Source: a bacterium (lineage in GTDB: Bacteria > UBA8248). Taken from it: a stretch of DNA of 64,000 bases. The stretch spans positions 448,001-512,000 of the forward strand of contig OZ242260.1 in assembly GCA_965207065.1 (NCBI GenBank), given 5' to 3'. The notes under the pieces were generated by a model. It made no database searches. It was not told the origin of the DNA and worked only from the letters and a program-made list of their open reading frames with translations. The translations under genes were made by a program, and so were the position numbers. Positions 32,067-45,396 of this stretch are shown in pieces (the first letter of the stretch is position 1; each line of letters starts with the position of its first letter).

Positions 32067-34172
32067 ATGAGCACGCGCGAATCCCTTACGAGCCTGTTCC
32101 ACCCGAAATCCTTTGCGGTGGTGGGCGCGGCTTCCGACTTGAACCGCCTGGGCGGCATTCCCTTGCGGTTGACCATGCAATATGGCTTTCCCGGCCCCAT
32201 CTACCCCATCAACCCGAGGCGGGACGTGATCGCGGGGCTTAAGTGCTACCCCGATGTCGCCTCCCTGCCCGAAGCGCCCGAGTTCGCTCTCATCTGCACC
32301 CCGAGAGAGGACGTGCTCCCCGCCCTCACACAATGCGCGGGACGAGGCGTCAAGGCCGCCGCCGTCATTACGTCCGGCTTCGCCGAAGCTGGCACTGAAG
32401 GCGTGGCGCTACAGGAGAAAATCCTGGAGTTGCGCGACGAATCGGGAATGCGCGTCTTAGGACCCAACTGCATGGGCGTAGTGCACGTGCGCTCGAAGCT
32501 CATGGCCACGTTCACGATATCCATCCGCGATGAGGACCCGCTCATTCCGGGGGCGGTGGCCATCGTCACCCAGAGCGGGGCGATGGGGGCGTGCATGCTC
32601 ACGGGCTTTCAGGAGAGCGGCTCGGGCATCAGCAGCCTCGTCAGCCTCGGCAACGAGGTGGACGTGGATTTCGCGGAATGCGTGGATTACTTCCTCGACG
32701 ACCCGCACACGCGCGTCATTTGCGGGTATCTGGAATCGGTGCGCAACGGCAAGCGGCTCAAGAAAGTCGCCCGGCGCGCGCTCGAGATTGGAAAACCCAT
32801 CGTCCTGCTCAAGGGCGGCAAGACCGAAGAGGGCGCGCGCGCCGCGCGCAGCCATACCGCCGCCATCACGACTTCGAGCGATGTCTTCGACGCCTTCGCC
32901 GCGCAATACGGGATTCAGGTGCTGGACTCCATGGACGAGTTCATCGAGATTGCGGATTTCCTCGCGCGCAGCAGGCCGATCCAGGGAAACGGCGTGGGGA
33001 TCTTAAGCTTCTCGGGCGGGCTGGGCTCGCTCGCGGCGGACCTTGCGACCGATGCGGACCTTACGCTCCCCATCCTCGCAGGAGAAACACAGGAAAAACT
33101 CGCAGGCGTCCTGCCCGACTACGCGCCCAAGGACAATCCGGTGGACCTCGTATCCCTGATGGTCAGCCAACCGGAGAGTCAACCGCTCAAGACGGCGGGA
33201 GTAGCGGTGGCATCCGATGAGAATGTGGACGCGCTGCTATTCCTCATGGGCGTCTACCACCACGTGGGGGGACAGATAGTGGCGGAGGTGAAGGCGCTGT
33301 TTGAAACCTCACCCGTGCCCGTCGCCTTCGCCTGGCTCACGGGACCGCGCGATCAGATAGAAGCACTCAGAAAAGCCTCCGTACCCGTATTCGGCGATTA
33401 CTCGCGGGCGATTCGCGGCCTGGAATCCCTATTGTCGCTTAAAAACGCGCGCGAGTCCGCTTCTTCCCAGCCCCTACTCAAAAACCGTACACGGAAGGAG
33501 GCGGCCAGGCGAAGCATCAGGCGTTCTCCCCCATCCGCCGATGGTTTTCTGCCGCCTGAAATCTGCGCCGAAATCATGGACCTCTACGGTATTCCGAGAC
33601 CAAGGGAAATTCTGGTCGATACGGCGGAAGAAGCACGCAAGGCGTGGGAGGCGTATCAAACCCCCGTCGCGCTCAAGGTCGTATCGGAGAGCCTCGCACA
33701 CAAGACCGAGGCGGGCGGCGTCATCCTGGGACTCGATACAGCCGAGGAAGTGCTGACCGGTGCCGAGCGGCTGCTCGCACTCGCGGACGATGCGCGCCTT
33801 CTGGTGCAGGAGATGATTGAAGGCGGCCTGGAGCTACTGGTCGGCATCTCGCGGGATGAGACGTTCGGCCCGTGCGTGACGGCGGGGCTGGGCGGCGTGT
33901 ACGTGGAAGCACTCAACGACGTGGCCCGGCTTCTGCCTCCTTTCCACGCAAAAGAAGCCGAAAGCACGCTCTCAGGCCTTCGCTCGCGCGCCATCTTCGA
34001 TGGTTTCCGGGGCGGGCCCAAAGTTCAAATTCCGCACATATCCGATATAATGGCCAAAATTTCGAGACTGGCGCTGGAGTTGAGACACGATATCGCCGAG
34101 ATGGATATCAACCCGCTCATCGCCACGGCGGAGGGCTGCATCGCCGTGGACGTTCGGATCAAGACAACCTGA
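32067..34172 (+). CDS. Acetate/acyl-CoA ligase (ADP-forming) family, fused alpha-beta
   Basis: AVVGAS, GPNCMG, QSGA, SLGNE, phospho-His SHTA, HKTEAGGV, DINPL. Confidence 0.92.
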   Translation: MSTRESLTSLFHPKSFAVVGAASDLNRLGGIPLRLTMQYGFPGPIYPINPRRDVIAGLKCYPDVASLPEAPEFALICTPREDVLPALTQCAGRGVKAAAVITSGFAEAGTEGVALQEKILELRDESGMRVLGPNCMGVVHVRSKLMATFTISIRDEDPLIPGAVAIVTQSGAMGACMLTGFQESGSGISSLVSLGNEVDVDFAECVDYFLDDPHTRVICGYLESVRNGKRLKKVARRALEIGKPIVLLKGGKTEEGARAARSHTAAITTSSDVFDAFAAQYGIQVLDSMDEFIEIADFLARSRPIQGNGVGILSFSGGLGSLAADLATDADLTLPILAGETQEKLAGVLPDYAPKDNPVDLVSLMVSQPESQPLKTAGVAVASDENVDALLFLMGVYHHVGGQIVAEVKALFETSPVPVAFAWLTGPRDQIEALRKASVPVFGDYSRAIRGLESLLSLKNARESASSQPLLKNRTRKEAARRSIRRSPPSADGFLPPEICAEIMDLYGIPRPREILVDTAEEARKAWEAYQTPVALKVVSESLAHKTEAGGVILGLDTAEEVLTGAERLLALADDARLLVQEMIEGGLELLVGISRDETFGPCVTAGLGGVYVEALNDVARLLPPFHAKEAESTLSGLRSRAIFDGFRGGPKVQIPHISDIMAKISRLALELRHDIAEMDINPLIATAEGCIAVDVRIKTT

Positions 34173-34185
34173 CGAGAGGACCCGC

Positions 34186-34620
34186 ATGAGCAAGAGAATC
34201 ACGCCCGAAATACGCGCCCTGGTGGGACGAAAGCACGGCCCCTATCGCGTGAGGGTAGAGCAAGGGGCGATTGAGAAATTCGCGGACGCTATCGGCGACG
34301 AGAACCCCGCCTACCGGGGAGTCGACGCGGTTGCGCCGCCCACTTTCCCCACCACCTTCAGGGCAAAGGACGCCTATCCCGATCTGCCGCCTGGTTTCGG
34401 CGACGTGGGGCTTCACGCCTCACAGGTCTATGAGGTCGAGCGGCCCATCCGCGCGGGCGATGAGCTGGACGTTTCCTTCACCATCGTGGACATCACCGAA
34501 AAATCGGGCCGCACGGGCGACCTCGTCTTCGTCGAGCGTGAATACGAGTTTACCGACGCGCGCGACGGCTCCCGCGTGGGCGGGGGCAAGTGGGTGTCGC
34601 TCCGGCGATTCAGGAACTGA
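34186..34620 (+). CDS. MaoC N-terminal (FAS1-like) dehydratase subunit
   Basis: VEQGAIEKFADAIGDENP, APPTF, LH-x-x-Q. Confidence 0.85.
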   Translation: MSKRITPEIRALVGRKHGPYRVRVEQGAIEKFADAIGDENPAYRGVDAVAPPTFPTTFRAKDAYPDLPPGFGDVGLHASQVYEVERPIRAGDELDVSFTIVDITEKSGRTGDLVFVEREYEFTDARDGSRVGGGKWVSLRRFRN

Positions 34621-34630
34621 AGGAGAGACG

Positions 34631-35032
34631 ATGAGCTACCAAAAGGGTGACGCGCTCCCCGAACTCGTGAAAGAACCCGTCTCGCGGACACAGCTCGTGA
34701 AATACGCGGGCGCAAGCGGGGATTACAATTCGATCCACTATGACGACGAGGCGGCGCGCGCAGGCGGCCTGGACGGCGTTATCGCCCACGGGATGCTCTC
34801 GATGGGCTTTCTCGGGCAATTCGTCGAGAACACATTCGGCGCGGGCAGCTACAAGCGGCTGGAAGTTCGCTTTCAGGGCATGGTGAAGCTCGGCGAGGTC
34901 ATCACCTGCCGGGGCGTGATTACCGATATCACGGAAGAGCAGAGCCGATCTTACGCCACCTGCGAGATCGAAGCGGTCGACTCCAGCGGCCGTGTCGTCA
35001 CCACGGGTGAGGCGCAGGCCTGGCTGGACTGA
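34631..35032 (+). CDS. MaoC-family (R)-enoyl-CoA hydratase subunit
   Basis: YAGASGDYNSIHYD, VIAHGM. Confidence 0.9.
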   Translation: MSYQKGDALPELVKEPVSRTQLVKYAGASGDYNSIHYDDEAARAGGLDGVIAHGMLSMGFLGQFVENTFGAGSYKRLEVRFQGMVKLGEVITCRGVITDITEEQSRSYATCEIEAVDSSGRVVTTGEAQAWLD

Positions 35033-35056
35033 ATCCACAAGAAAGAGAGGAATTCC

Positions 35057-35800
35057 ATGAGACTGAAAGACAAGAACGCCCTCGTCACGGGCGCGGCGCA
35101 GGGCATCGGACGCTCGGTGTGCCAGCGCTTCGCCGAGGAGGGCGCGAAGGTGCTCGTCGTCGACATGAACGAGGAGGGCGGCGAGGAGACGGCGCGCCTG
35201 ATAAGAGAGGCAGGCGGCGAGGCGCTCTTCCACAAGGCCGACGTGAGCAAGCTTGATGAGGTCGAGGGCGCTCTCGACGCGTCTGAGGCGGCGCACGGGC
35301 CCATCAACGTCATGGTGAACAACGCAGGCATCGTGCGCGCGGCCATGCTCCACAAGATGAGCGAAGAGCAGTGGGACTCCGTGATCGCAGTCCACTTAAA
35401 GGGCACCTGGACGGGAATCCACGCGGCGGCCAAGCGCATGATCCCCCGGAAGGAAGGCCGCATCATCAACGTGACCTCCGGCGCGGGGCTCCGCGGCACC
35501 ATCGGCCAGATCAACTACTCCTCGGCCAAGATGGGCATCGTCGGCGCGACGCAGAGCGCGGCCCGCGAGCTGGGACGACACAACATCACCGTGAACTGCG
35601 TCTCGCCCGCGGCCATCACCCCCATGACGGAGACGATCCGCACGGACGAGCGCTTTGAATCCAAGTATCTCGAGCGCATCTGCCTCGGCCGGTGGGGAGA
35701 ACCCGAGGAGATGGCGGCGGGGTTCGTCTTCCTGGCGTCGGACGAGGCGAGCTACGTGACCGGCATCGTGCTCCGCATCGACGGCGGGCTGGGGATGTAG
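35057..35800 (+). CDS. SDR oxidoreductase (FabG-like)
   Basis: TGAAQGIG, NNAG, YSSAK. Confidence 0.92.
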   Translation: MRLKDKNALVTGAAQGIGRSVCQRFAEEGAKVLVVDMNEEGGEETARLIREAGGEALFHKADVSKLDEVEGALDASEAAHGPINVMVNNAGIVRAAMLHKMSEEQWDSVIAVHLKGTWTGIHAAAKRMIPRKEGRIINVTSGAGLRGTIGQINYSSAKMGIVGATQSAARELGRHNITVNCVSPAAITPMTETIRTDERFESKYLERICLGRWGEPEEMAAGFVFLASDEASYVTGIVLRIDGGLGM

Positions 35801-35815
35801 GGACATTATAGAATT

Positions 35816-35889
35816 GTAGGGACAACCCCCTGTGGTTGTCCCTCTTCGAAGTGGATACGACCAGGACAGGCACGGGGGCCTTTCCCTAC
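35816..35889. repeat. GTAG-type REP doublet
   Basis: GTAGGGACAACC...GGTTGTCCCT and GGACAGGC...GCCTTTCCCTAC; relatives at 38599-38648, 42242-42391 and near 47013-47036. Confidence 0.75.
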
Positions 35890-36076
35890 GGGATGCAAAC
35901 CCTTCGCCATATGATAATCGCCTCCTTGAGGGTCGGGCATCTTTTCTTCCCTGGATTCCGGCATCCCGCTGGAATGACGAGCAAGGGAAAGAACCCCCCA
36001 TCTGGCATCCCCTTGGCGGGCCTGCTAGAATCGCCGCGAGATCGACCCAAAAACCGACGAAACGGAGGAACCGCCC

Positions 36077-37105
36077 ATGAAGGCCATGATCCTCAAGCAA
36101 TTCGGCCAGCCCCTCGCCTATGAGGAAGCGCCCGAACCCAAGATCGGCCCCCGCCAGGTGCTCGTGGAATCAAAGGCGAACGGCCTGTGCGCGACAGACT
36201 TGAAGATAGTGGACGGAAACGTCAAATCGGCCCCCACGCCCCTGATGCTCGGCCATGAGAATTCAGGCGTCGTGCTCGAAGTGGGCGCAGAAGTCGATTC
36301 CGTCGCCCCTGGCGATCGCGTGGTCGTCGTGAGCAAGCAGACCTGCGGGCGCTGCCGCATGTGCCGCCTGGGCCATGAGGAGATGTGCCTGAACTCGCCC
36401 GGACGCTTAGGGATCGAGATAGACGGCGGCTTCGGCCAACTCGTCGCGGCTTCTGAGCGGAATCTCGTGAAAATCGGCGATAACGTATCCCTGGCGGCGG
36501 CCTCCCTCATCGGCGGGACACTCGGCTCCCCGCTGCACGCCATCCGCATGGCCCGGCCCGAACTCGGCGAGTGCGCCGTCATCTTCGGGGTCGGGGGCCT
36601 CGGGCTGCACGCCCTGCAACTCCTCCGCCACCTGGGGGTGAACATCATCGCCGTGGACGTGAAGGAGGAGAAACTCGCCAAGGCGCGCGAACTCGGCGCG
36701 TTCGAGACGGTGAACGCGATGGAGACCGACCCGGTCAAGGCCGTGATGGACATCACGGACGGTTTCGGTGCGGATATCGCGCTTGAGATCGTCGGCGGGG
36801 CCGCCGTGCCGCCCGTGCTGCAGCAGTGTCTCGACCTGCTCCGGCCCGGCGGACGCCTCATCGTCCTGGGCTACGTCTTCGGCCAGAAAATGGAGATCGA
36901 ACCCGCGCAGCTCATCACCAAGTGGATCCAGATCATCGCGTCGCACAACCACACGGTGCGCGACGTGAGCGACGCCGCGAGCCTGGTGAACGATGGCCGC
37001 GTGCGCGCCGTCATCACGGAGGAAGCCCCGATGCCGAACGCCAACGACGCGCTGGCCGCCCTGCGCGCGGGCGACCCGGTGGGCCGCATCGTGCTTACGT
37101 GGTGA
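36077..37105 (+). CDS. Zinc-dependent alcohol dehydrogenase (MDR family)
   Basis: LCATD, GHE, CGRCRMC...C, GVGGLG. Confidence 0.93.
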   Translation: MKAMILKQFGQPLAYEEAPEPKIGPRQVLVESKANGLCATDLKIVDGNVKSAPTPLMLGHENSGVVLEVGAEVDSVAPGDRVVVVSKQTCGRCRMCRLGHEEMCLNSPGRLGIEIDGGFGQLVAASERNLVKIGDNVSLAAASLIGGTLGSPLHAIRMARPELGECAVIFGVGGLGLHALQLLRHLGVNIIAVDVKEEKLAKARELGAFETVNAMETDPVKAVMDITDGFGADIALEIVGGAAVPPVLQQCLDLLRPGGRLIVLGYVFGQKMEIEPAQLITKWIQIIASHNHTVRDVSDAASLVNDGRVRAVITEEAPMPNANDALAALRAGDPVGRIVLTW

Positions 37106-37199
37106 GGCGCGTCCCGGAAATCACCTAACACGAAACGGCGAAAACGCCGATGAGACCACAGAACCCCAATACATTTACAACGCATCCGCAGGAGGCAGC

Positions 37200-38591
37200 A
37201 TGTCGTACCGAATCGAAACCGACAGCATGGGCGAGATTGAGGTGCCCGAGGACAAATACTACGGCGCGCAGACGGCGCGTTCGCTCGTTCACTTCAAAAT
37301 CGGCGGCGACCGCTTCCCGAGGGAGATCATCCGCGCTCTGGGGATTCTGAAAAAAGCCGCCGCGGTGACGAACGAGGAACTGGGAATCCTGGAGCCGGAG
37401 AAGACCGCGCTCATCACCCAGGCGGCGGATGAGGTGATCGCGGGCGCTCTGGACGAGCATTTCCCCCTCGTCGTCTGGCAGACCGGCAGCGGGACGCAGA
37501 CGAACATGAACGCGAATGAGGTAATCGCCAACCGCGCCATCGAAATCACGGGCGGCGAGATGGGTTCCAAGGACCCGATCCACCCCAACGACGACGTGAA
37601 CAAGGCGCAGTCCTCGAACGACACCTTTCCAACGGCGATGCACATCGCAGCGGGCGAGCAGATGACGAAGAAGCTCATCCCCGCCGTGGAAGCGCTTAAA
37701 ACTACGCTCGCGGCGAAAGCCGAAGCGTTCGATTCGATCATCAAGATCGGCCGCACGCACCTGATGGACGCCGTTCCCCTGACGCTTGGCCAGGAATTCT
37801 CGGGCTACGCGCAGCAACTCGAAAACGGCCTCGCGCGCGTAAAGATGTCGCTGGACGGGATTTATGAACTGGCGCTCGGCGGTACGGCGGTGGGAACGGG
37901 CCTGAACACGCATCCCGACTTCGCGGACAAGGCCGCCGCCAGAATCGCCGAAATGACAGGGCTTCCCTTCAGAAGCGCGCCCAACAAGTTCGAAGCCCTT
38001 GCCGCGCACGATGCGGTCGTATTCGCGAGCGGGGCGGTGAAGACCCTGGCGGCGTCGTTGATGAAAATCGCGAACGACATCCGTATGCTGGCGTCCGGCC
38101 CCCGGTGCGGCGTGGGCGAGCTTCTCATCCCCGAGAATGAACCCGGAAGCTCCATCATGCCCGGCAAGGTGAACCCCACCCAGAGCGAGGCGATGACGAT
38201 GGTGTGCGCCCAGGTGATGGGCAACGACGTGGCGGTGAACGTGGGCGGCGCGACGGGGCATTTCGAGCTCAACGTGTTCAAGCCCGTGATGATCTTCAAC
38301 CTCCTGAACTCAGTTAGGCTGCTGGCCGATGCGAGCGTATCGTTCAACGAGCATTGCGCTGTGGGAATCGAGCCCAACCGGCCCGCGATAGAGTCTTATC
38401 TCCAGAACTCGCTCATGCTGGTGACGGCGCTGAACCCCGTAATCGGATACGACAACGCGGCCAAGGTGGCGAAAAAGGCCTTCTCGGACGGCGGCACGCT
38501 GCGCGACGCGGCGATTGCACTGGACCTCCTCACCGGCGAGGAATTCGATGCGGCCGTAAAACCCGAGAACATGATCGGGCCGAGAGCGTGA
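37200..38591 (+). CDS. fumC: Class II fumarate hydratase
   Basis: [36 protein letters not shown]. Confidence 0.97.
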   Translation: MSYRIETDSMGEIEVPEDKYYGAQTARSLVHFKIGGDRFPREIIRALGILKKAAAVTNEELGILEPEKTALITQAADEVIAGALDEHFPLVVWQTGSGTQTNMNANEVIANRAIEITGGEMGSKDPIHPNDDVNKAQSSNDTFPTAMHIAAGEQMTKKLIPAVEALKTTLAAKAEAFDSIIKIGRTHLMDAVPLTLGQEFSGYAQQLENGLARVKMSLDGIYELALGGTAVGTGLNTHPDFADKAAARIAEMTGLPFRSAPNKFEALAAHDAVVFASGAVKTLAASLMKIANDIRMLASGPRCGVGELLIPENEPGSSIMPGKVNPTQSEAMTMVCAQVMGNDVAVNVGGATGHFELNVFKPVMIFNLLNSVRLLADASVSFNEHCAVGIEPNRPAIESYLQNSLMLVTALNPVIGYDNAAKVAKKAFSDGGTLRDAAIALDLLTGEEFDAAVKPENMIGPRA

Positions 38592-38720
38592 GCGTACTGG
38601 ACAGGCATAGGGGCTTGTGGGACAGCCCCGAGGAGGGGCTGTCACTACGGTTACGCCTCCTCATTCGGCAAACCCGCCTTCCCCGGGCAAGCAGCCCCTC
38701 CTTCATCAGTCGGGCCTGAC

Positions 38721-39764
38721 CTACCTCTCCGCGTAGCCCGTAAACGCCACGGGTATCGTCTGGATGTCCTGTATCAGATCGGGCGGCAGGTCCCTGTCCG
38801 CCGTGGGGAGCATTCCCGCGTAGAGGGTATCGACGCCGTTCGCAAAGCGCGCCTCGATCGCATCTTTGACCTCCGCATGTACGCCCACGGCGGCGAAAAG
38901 GTGGACAAGGTCGTCCGGAATCTCATCGGCAAGCTCGCCCCATTTGCCCTCGCGTGTCATCTGTCTCAATTTTCGGCCCAGATCGCCGTAGCCGTGCATC
39001 TCGAGCACAGGCCAGTAATCGGGCGTCGATCCGTAAAAGCCGAGACGCACCTTTACCTCATCCATCCCGCGCCTCAAGGCTTCCTCATCCGCTCCGGTGA
39101 CGATGTAGCCCCCGCCCGTGATCTCGAAATTCTCGCGCGTAATCCCGTTCTCCCCGAACCCTTCCGTGAGCTTCGGCAGGCAGAATTCCTCGAAATACCT
39201 GCTCGAGCAGAAAGGATGCAGACGTACACCGTCACAGCGGCTTCCCGCCACTTTCAGCATGCCCGGCCCTACCGCCGCGATGGTGACGGGCGCCATGGGC
39301 TGGCCCCCGGAGGGCGGCGTGAAGGCGGGCGTCATGAGGCTGAACTGGTAGTGCTCACCCTGATAATCGAGTTTTTCCCCGCTCCGCCAGACGCGCCATA
39401 TCGCGCGGAGCGATTCCACGTATTCGCGCATTCTCGCTGCGGGTTTCGTCCAGGGCACGCTGAAACGCCGCACGTTGTGCGCACGGATCTGGGGCCCGAG
39501 TCCCAGGACGAAGCGCCCGTTCGAGGCGACTTGTAAATCCCAGCTTGCGTTCGCGCACACCATCGGACTTCTCGGGAAGGCGATGGCCACGGCGGTCAAA
39601 AGCTCCACGCGCTCAGTTTCCACCGCCGCCACCGCCAGGGGCAGGAACGGGTGGTGCGCGTTTTCCATGCTCATCACGCCGTCATAGCCGGCCGCTTCCA
39701 GCGCCCGGGCGGCTGCGCCCGCTTTTTTCAGATCGTCCATCGGTAGTGTGGTCACGATACGCAT
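38721..39764 (-). CDS. Luciferase-like monooxygenase-class oxidoreductase (TIGR03617-like, putatively F420-dependent)
   Basis: AIAFPRSPM, GRFVLGLG-x-Q-x-x-AH, FYGSTP-x-Y. Confidence 0.85.
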   Translation of the reverse strand: MRIVTTLPMDDLKKAGAAARALEAAGYDGVMSMENAHHPFLPLAVAAVETERVELLTAVAIAFPRSPMVCANASWDLQVASNGRFVLGLGPQIRAHNVRRFSVPWTKPAARMREYVESLRAIWRVWRSGEKLDYQGEHYQFSLMTPAFTPPSGGQPMAPVTIAAVGPGMLKVAGSRCDGVRLHPFCSSRYFEEFCLPKLTEGFGENGITRENFEITGGGYIVTGADEEALRRGMDEVKVRLGFYGSTPDYWPVLEMHGYGDLGRKLRQMTREGKWGELADEIPDDLVHLFAAVGVHAEVKDAIEARFANGVDTLYAGMLPTADRDLPPDLIQDIQTIPVAFTGYAER

Positions 39765-39904
39765 TTCGAAACTCCTGTCACAGAAATAGAAGACGCCGCC
39801 GGGCGGCGGAGCGGCGCCATGATACACGATCACGAGTCCCGACACATCGTGATATGATGGGCGCATCGAACAATGCCAAACGCGCATCGAATGGAGAAGA
39901 CTCC

Positions 39905-40654
39905 ATGTCCCAGCCGTGCCGTCTCGAATACCGGGGCTTTCATCAGCTCGAACTCGTGCGCCACGGCGGCGGGGAAATACGTATCGGCGGGCGGCGGCGA
40001 ACCCTGCAAGAAACTCCGCCCAACGTGGCCTCGCGGCCTCCCGTCGATACGGTGCAGTACGTCTATGCGAGGTGGGATGAGCGAAGGGAACGCGTGAAGC
40101 TGGTCGCCTCGACGACGGGGCATGAAACCGCAGGCGATGAGGAAGTGATGCGCGGCGACCCCTCCGCCCTTCTCGTCGGCATGGGAAGACCCTACGAGAG
40201 CAGGCCCAAACACTACCACTGGGCGGACAGGCCGGAGCACAGGACGCTCATCCTGAGCCATCACAACAGAAAGCCCCTCGTATGGCGGCAGAGGCTGCGC
40301 GCGGATGCGGTGATTTCACCAGGCGGGTGGCGAGAAGTGTCATCCGATATGAGCGTCTCTTTCCTCGTATGGGGCGGGGAGGAGGCGCATCTCGAAATCG
40401 AGGGCCGCGTGAGGAGCCAGGGGGCCGCCTCGCCGCTTCTTTTGGGAATAGGCTTGGACGGCGCGCCTCCTGAATCGGCCGAATTGGAACTCACGCCGAG
40501 CGAGGCGTCGCAGGTCTTCAGGCTCGATGTCGAGAGGCGCTTCTCCCGCGATGAGGAAGGCTTTCATACCCTTTCCCTGTACGGAATGACGGATGACGAC
40601 GCCTCCTGGAACGTCCTCGGAGGCGCAACGCTGCAGTATTCCACCTTTGGCTAA
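39905..40654 (+). CDS. Hypothetical protein resembling a phage tail-fibre-associated beta domain
   Basis: GGAG RBS; CRL...YVYA...L-x-ASTTGH...GD-x-x-x-x-LVGM...S-x-x-NR pattern recalled from phage tail-fibre proteins. Confidence 0.5.
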   Translation: MSQPCRLEYRGFHQLELVRHGGGEIRIGGRRRTLQETPPNVASRPPVDTVQYVYARWDERRERVKLVASTTGHETAGDEEVMRGDPSALLVGMGRPYESRPKHYHWADRPEHRTLILSHHNRKPLVWRQRLRADAVISPGGWREVSSDMSVSFLVWGGEEAHLEIEGRVRSQGAASPLLLGIGLDGAPPESAELELTPSEASQVFRLDVERRFSRDEEGFHTLSLYGMTDDDASWNVLGGATLQYSTFG

Positions 40655-40665
40655 GGAGCAAGACG

Positions 40666-41799
40666 ATTAACGAATCCGCGCAAAACCCAAAATTCCTGGA
40701 TGACCTCGGAATCCGCCGCGTCATCAGCGCGCGCACCCGCCAGACAGTCTTCGGCGGCTCGGGACTGAGGCCCGAGGTATGGGCCGCCATGCAGGAGGCG
40801 AACGCCGCCCAGGTGGACATGAACGAACTCCACGCGAAGGCGGGCGCGCGGGTCGCCGGGATGACGCAAAACGAAGCTGCCTACGTCACGAGCGGTTCCG
40901 CCGCAGGCCTCGTGCTGTGCGCGGCCGCCTGCATCACGGGCGGAAGCCCGGCCTTGATGGACAAGCTCCCCTTCACCGACGGCTTAAAGAACGAAATCGT
41001 GATCCACCGCTTCCAGAGAAACCACTACGACATCAATATCCGCCAGGCGGGGGCGAGGCTCGTGGAGATCGGCTCGCACCGCCAGACCCATCCCTGGGAG
41101 CTCGAAGAGGCCATCGGGGAGAATACGGCGGGCGTCTTCTATTTCCCGGGCCGGTATGCGGGTAAAAACATCCTGAAGCTCGAAACCATCATCGAGATCG
41201 CGCACGAAAGGAACGTGCCCGTAATCGTGGACGCCGCGGCGCAGCTTCCCCCCTCCTCCAACCTTTGGCGATACACAAAGGAGATGGGGGCCGACGCCGC
41301 CATCTTCAGCGGGGGGAAGAGCATTGGCGGGCCTCAGAATACGGGCATCATCCTGGGTAAAGAGGAAATCATCGAAGCCTGCGCCATGATGGGAAGCCCA
41401 AGGTATTCGGTCGGCAGACCCATGAAGGCGGGGCGCGACGATATCGTGGGCCTGCTCGCGGCGTTTGAGCATTACCTGGACGGCGGCGAGGCGGAGCAAT
41501 ACGCCCACAACGAGAAATGGTGCGAGTTCTTCATGGAGCGCACAGCCGGGATGAGGGGACTCTCGCCCCGCATCAGGCGCCCCAACTCTCTGGGGCAGGA
41601 TTTGCCGGAAGTCGTGATCGAAATCGACGAGGAAGCAACCGGAAATTCACGCGATGCGATTGTCGATGCGCTGTGGGCGTGCGAGGTGCGTGTGCAGGTC
41701 GGGATATCCGGCGAATCGGGAATCTTCATCTCGCCCGATCCGCTCACCGATCAAGACGCGGAATACCTCTGGGGGAGGTTCGTGGAGGTTGTTTCGTGA
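40666..41799 (+). CDS. SelA-like PLP-dependent enzyme (DgaE-type); apparent ATT start
   Basis: IVDAAAQ, FSGGKSIGGPQ-x-TG, GRPMK; family-like N-terminus LGIRRVISA...FGGS...PEV lies upstream of the first ATG (40789). Confidence 0.8.
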   Translation: MNESAQNPKFLDDLGIRRVISARTRQTVFGGSGLRPEVWAAMQEANAAQVDMNELHAKAGARVAGMTQNEAAYVTSGSAAGLVLCAAACITGGSPALMDKLPFTDGLKNEIVIHRFQRNHYDINIRQAGARLVEIGSHRQTHPWELEEAIGENTAGVFYFPGRYAGKNILKLETIIEIAHERNVPVIVDAAAQLPPSSNLWRYTKEMGADAAIFSGGKSIGGPQNTGIILGKEEIIEACAMMGSPRYSVGRPMKAGRDDIVGLLAAFEHYLDGGEAEQYAHNEKWCEFFMERTAGMRGLSPRIRRPNSLGQDLPEVVIEIDEEATGNSRDAIVDALWACEVRVQVGISGESGIFISPDPLTDQDAEYLWGRFVEVVS

Positions 41800-41820
41800 G
41801 GGGTCAAACGCGAGTGAGGA

Positions 41821-42212
41821 GGGGCTGTTGAGAAAGCCCTTGCTGGGAAGAATTCCTCCTTCTTCAGTCAGAATTCACCCCCCACCCCCCTTTGTCAGGC
41901 CTGTCGATAAATTCCCACAGAGGGAGCGCGCTGAATTTCACTCCCCCCTTGAGGGGGAGTCAGTGAACTGAGGGCGTAAGCCCGAAAGTGAACTGGTGGG
42001 GGGTATAACTCGGAGTGGCGATAAAACGCGATTCACCCCCCACCGAATCGGCCTTCGCATAAACCGCTCGGCCTCTTCGACTCCCCCTCAAGGGGGGAGT
42101 GATTTTCCCTTCTCCTTGGGTAGTAATGATTCTCAAGGGGGGGAGTGATTTTCTCTCTTGTCGGTCGGTTACATACGACAAATTTAGAAACCAGGACTTT
42201 TCCTACAACCCC
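41821..42212. mobile_element. MITE-like cassette with a nested palindromic repeat (41938-42102)
   Basis: Ends GGGGCTGTTGAGAAAGCCC and GGACTTTTCCTACAACCCC; inner element is an inverted relative of 4547-4717. Confidence 0.65.
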
Positions 42213-42448
42213 CTCAAGTGGGGAGTGTTCTTATCGCATCTGTAGTGACAGCCCCTCCTAGGGCTGTCCCACAGGTCGCGAACTGTCCCTACGAATCGGA
42301 TGACAATTCCGTAGCGTAGGGACAACTCTTTTGGATTGTCCTGCTCCCGTGGTTGTCCTTCGTCAGGACAGGCACGGAGGCCTGTCCCTACAAAACCGAC
42401 GAAACAATTTCAAAAAAGCGGACAACCCAAATAGGGTCATCCCCTCCC

Positions 42449-45157
<2,709 letters not shown>

Positions 45158-45396
45158 CTTTCACCTCTCTCGGACGGGGTTTCCGCCTCCCGCAAAAAAC
45201 ATCGGGAAAACGTCCCCCACCCCGTCAAGCGCTCGTTGCGTCCGAAACCGCCCGTCGCAGGCGGTTTCGCGCAAAAGCTATAATCAATTGAATCATATTG
45301 GGTTACGGAATTATCGACTTCCAACTTGTGGAGATAATACCACAGACGAACTAAAAGGACGAGAGGGATTCAGAGTCCGCGTCCTGAATGCTATTA

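Noticed and set aside
40666-41799. True selenocysteine synthase selA serving the nearby selenoprotein
   Set aside because: About 377 aa, lacks the SelA N-terminal tRNA-binding domain and has FSGGK rather than FSGDK; fits the SelA-like/DgaE group.
41821-42391. Possible CRISPR array from repeated palindromes
   Set aside because: Repeats are inverted, of mixed families and irregularly spaced; no cas genes in the window. Better explained as REP/MITE elements.
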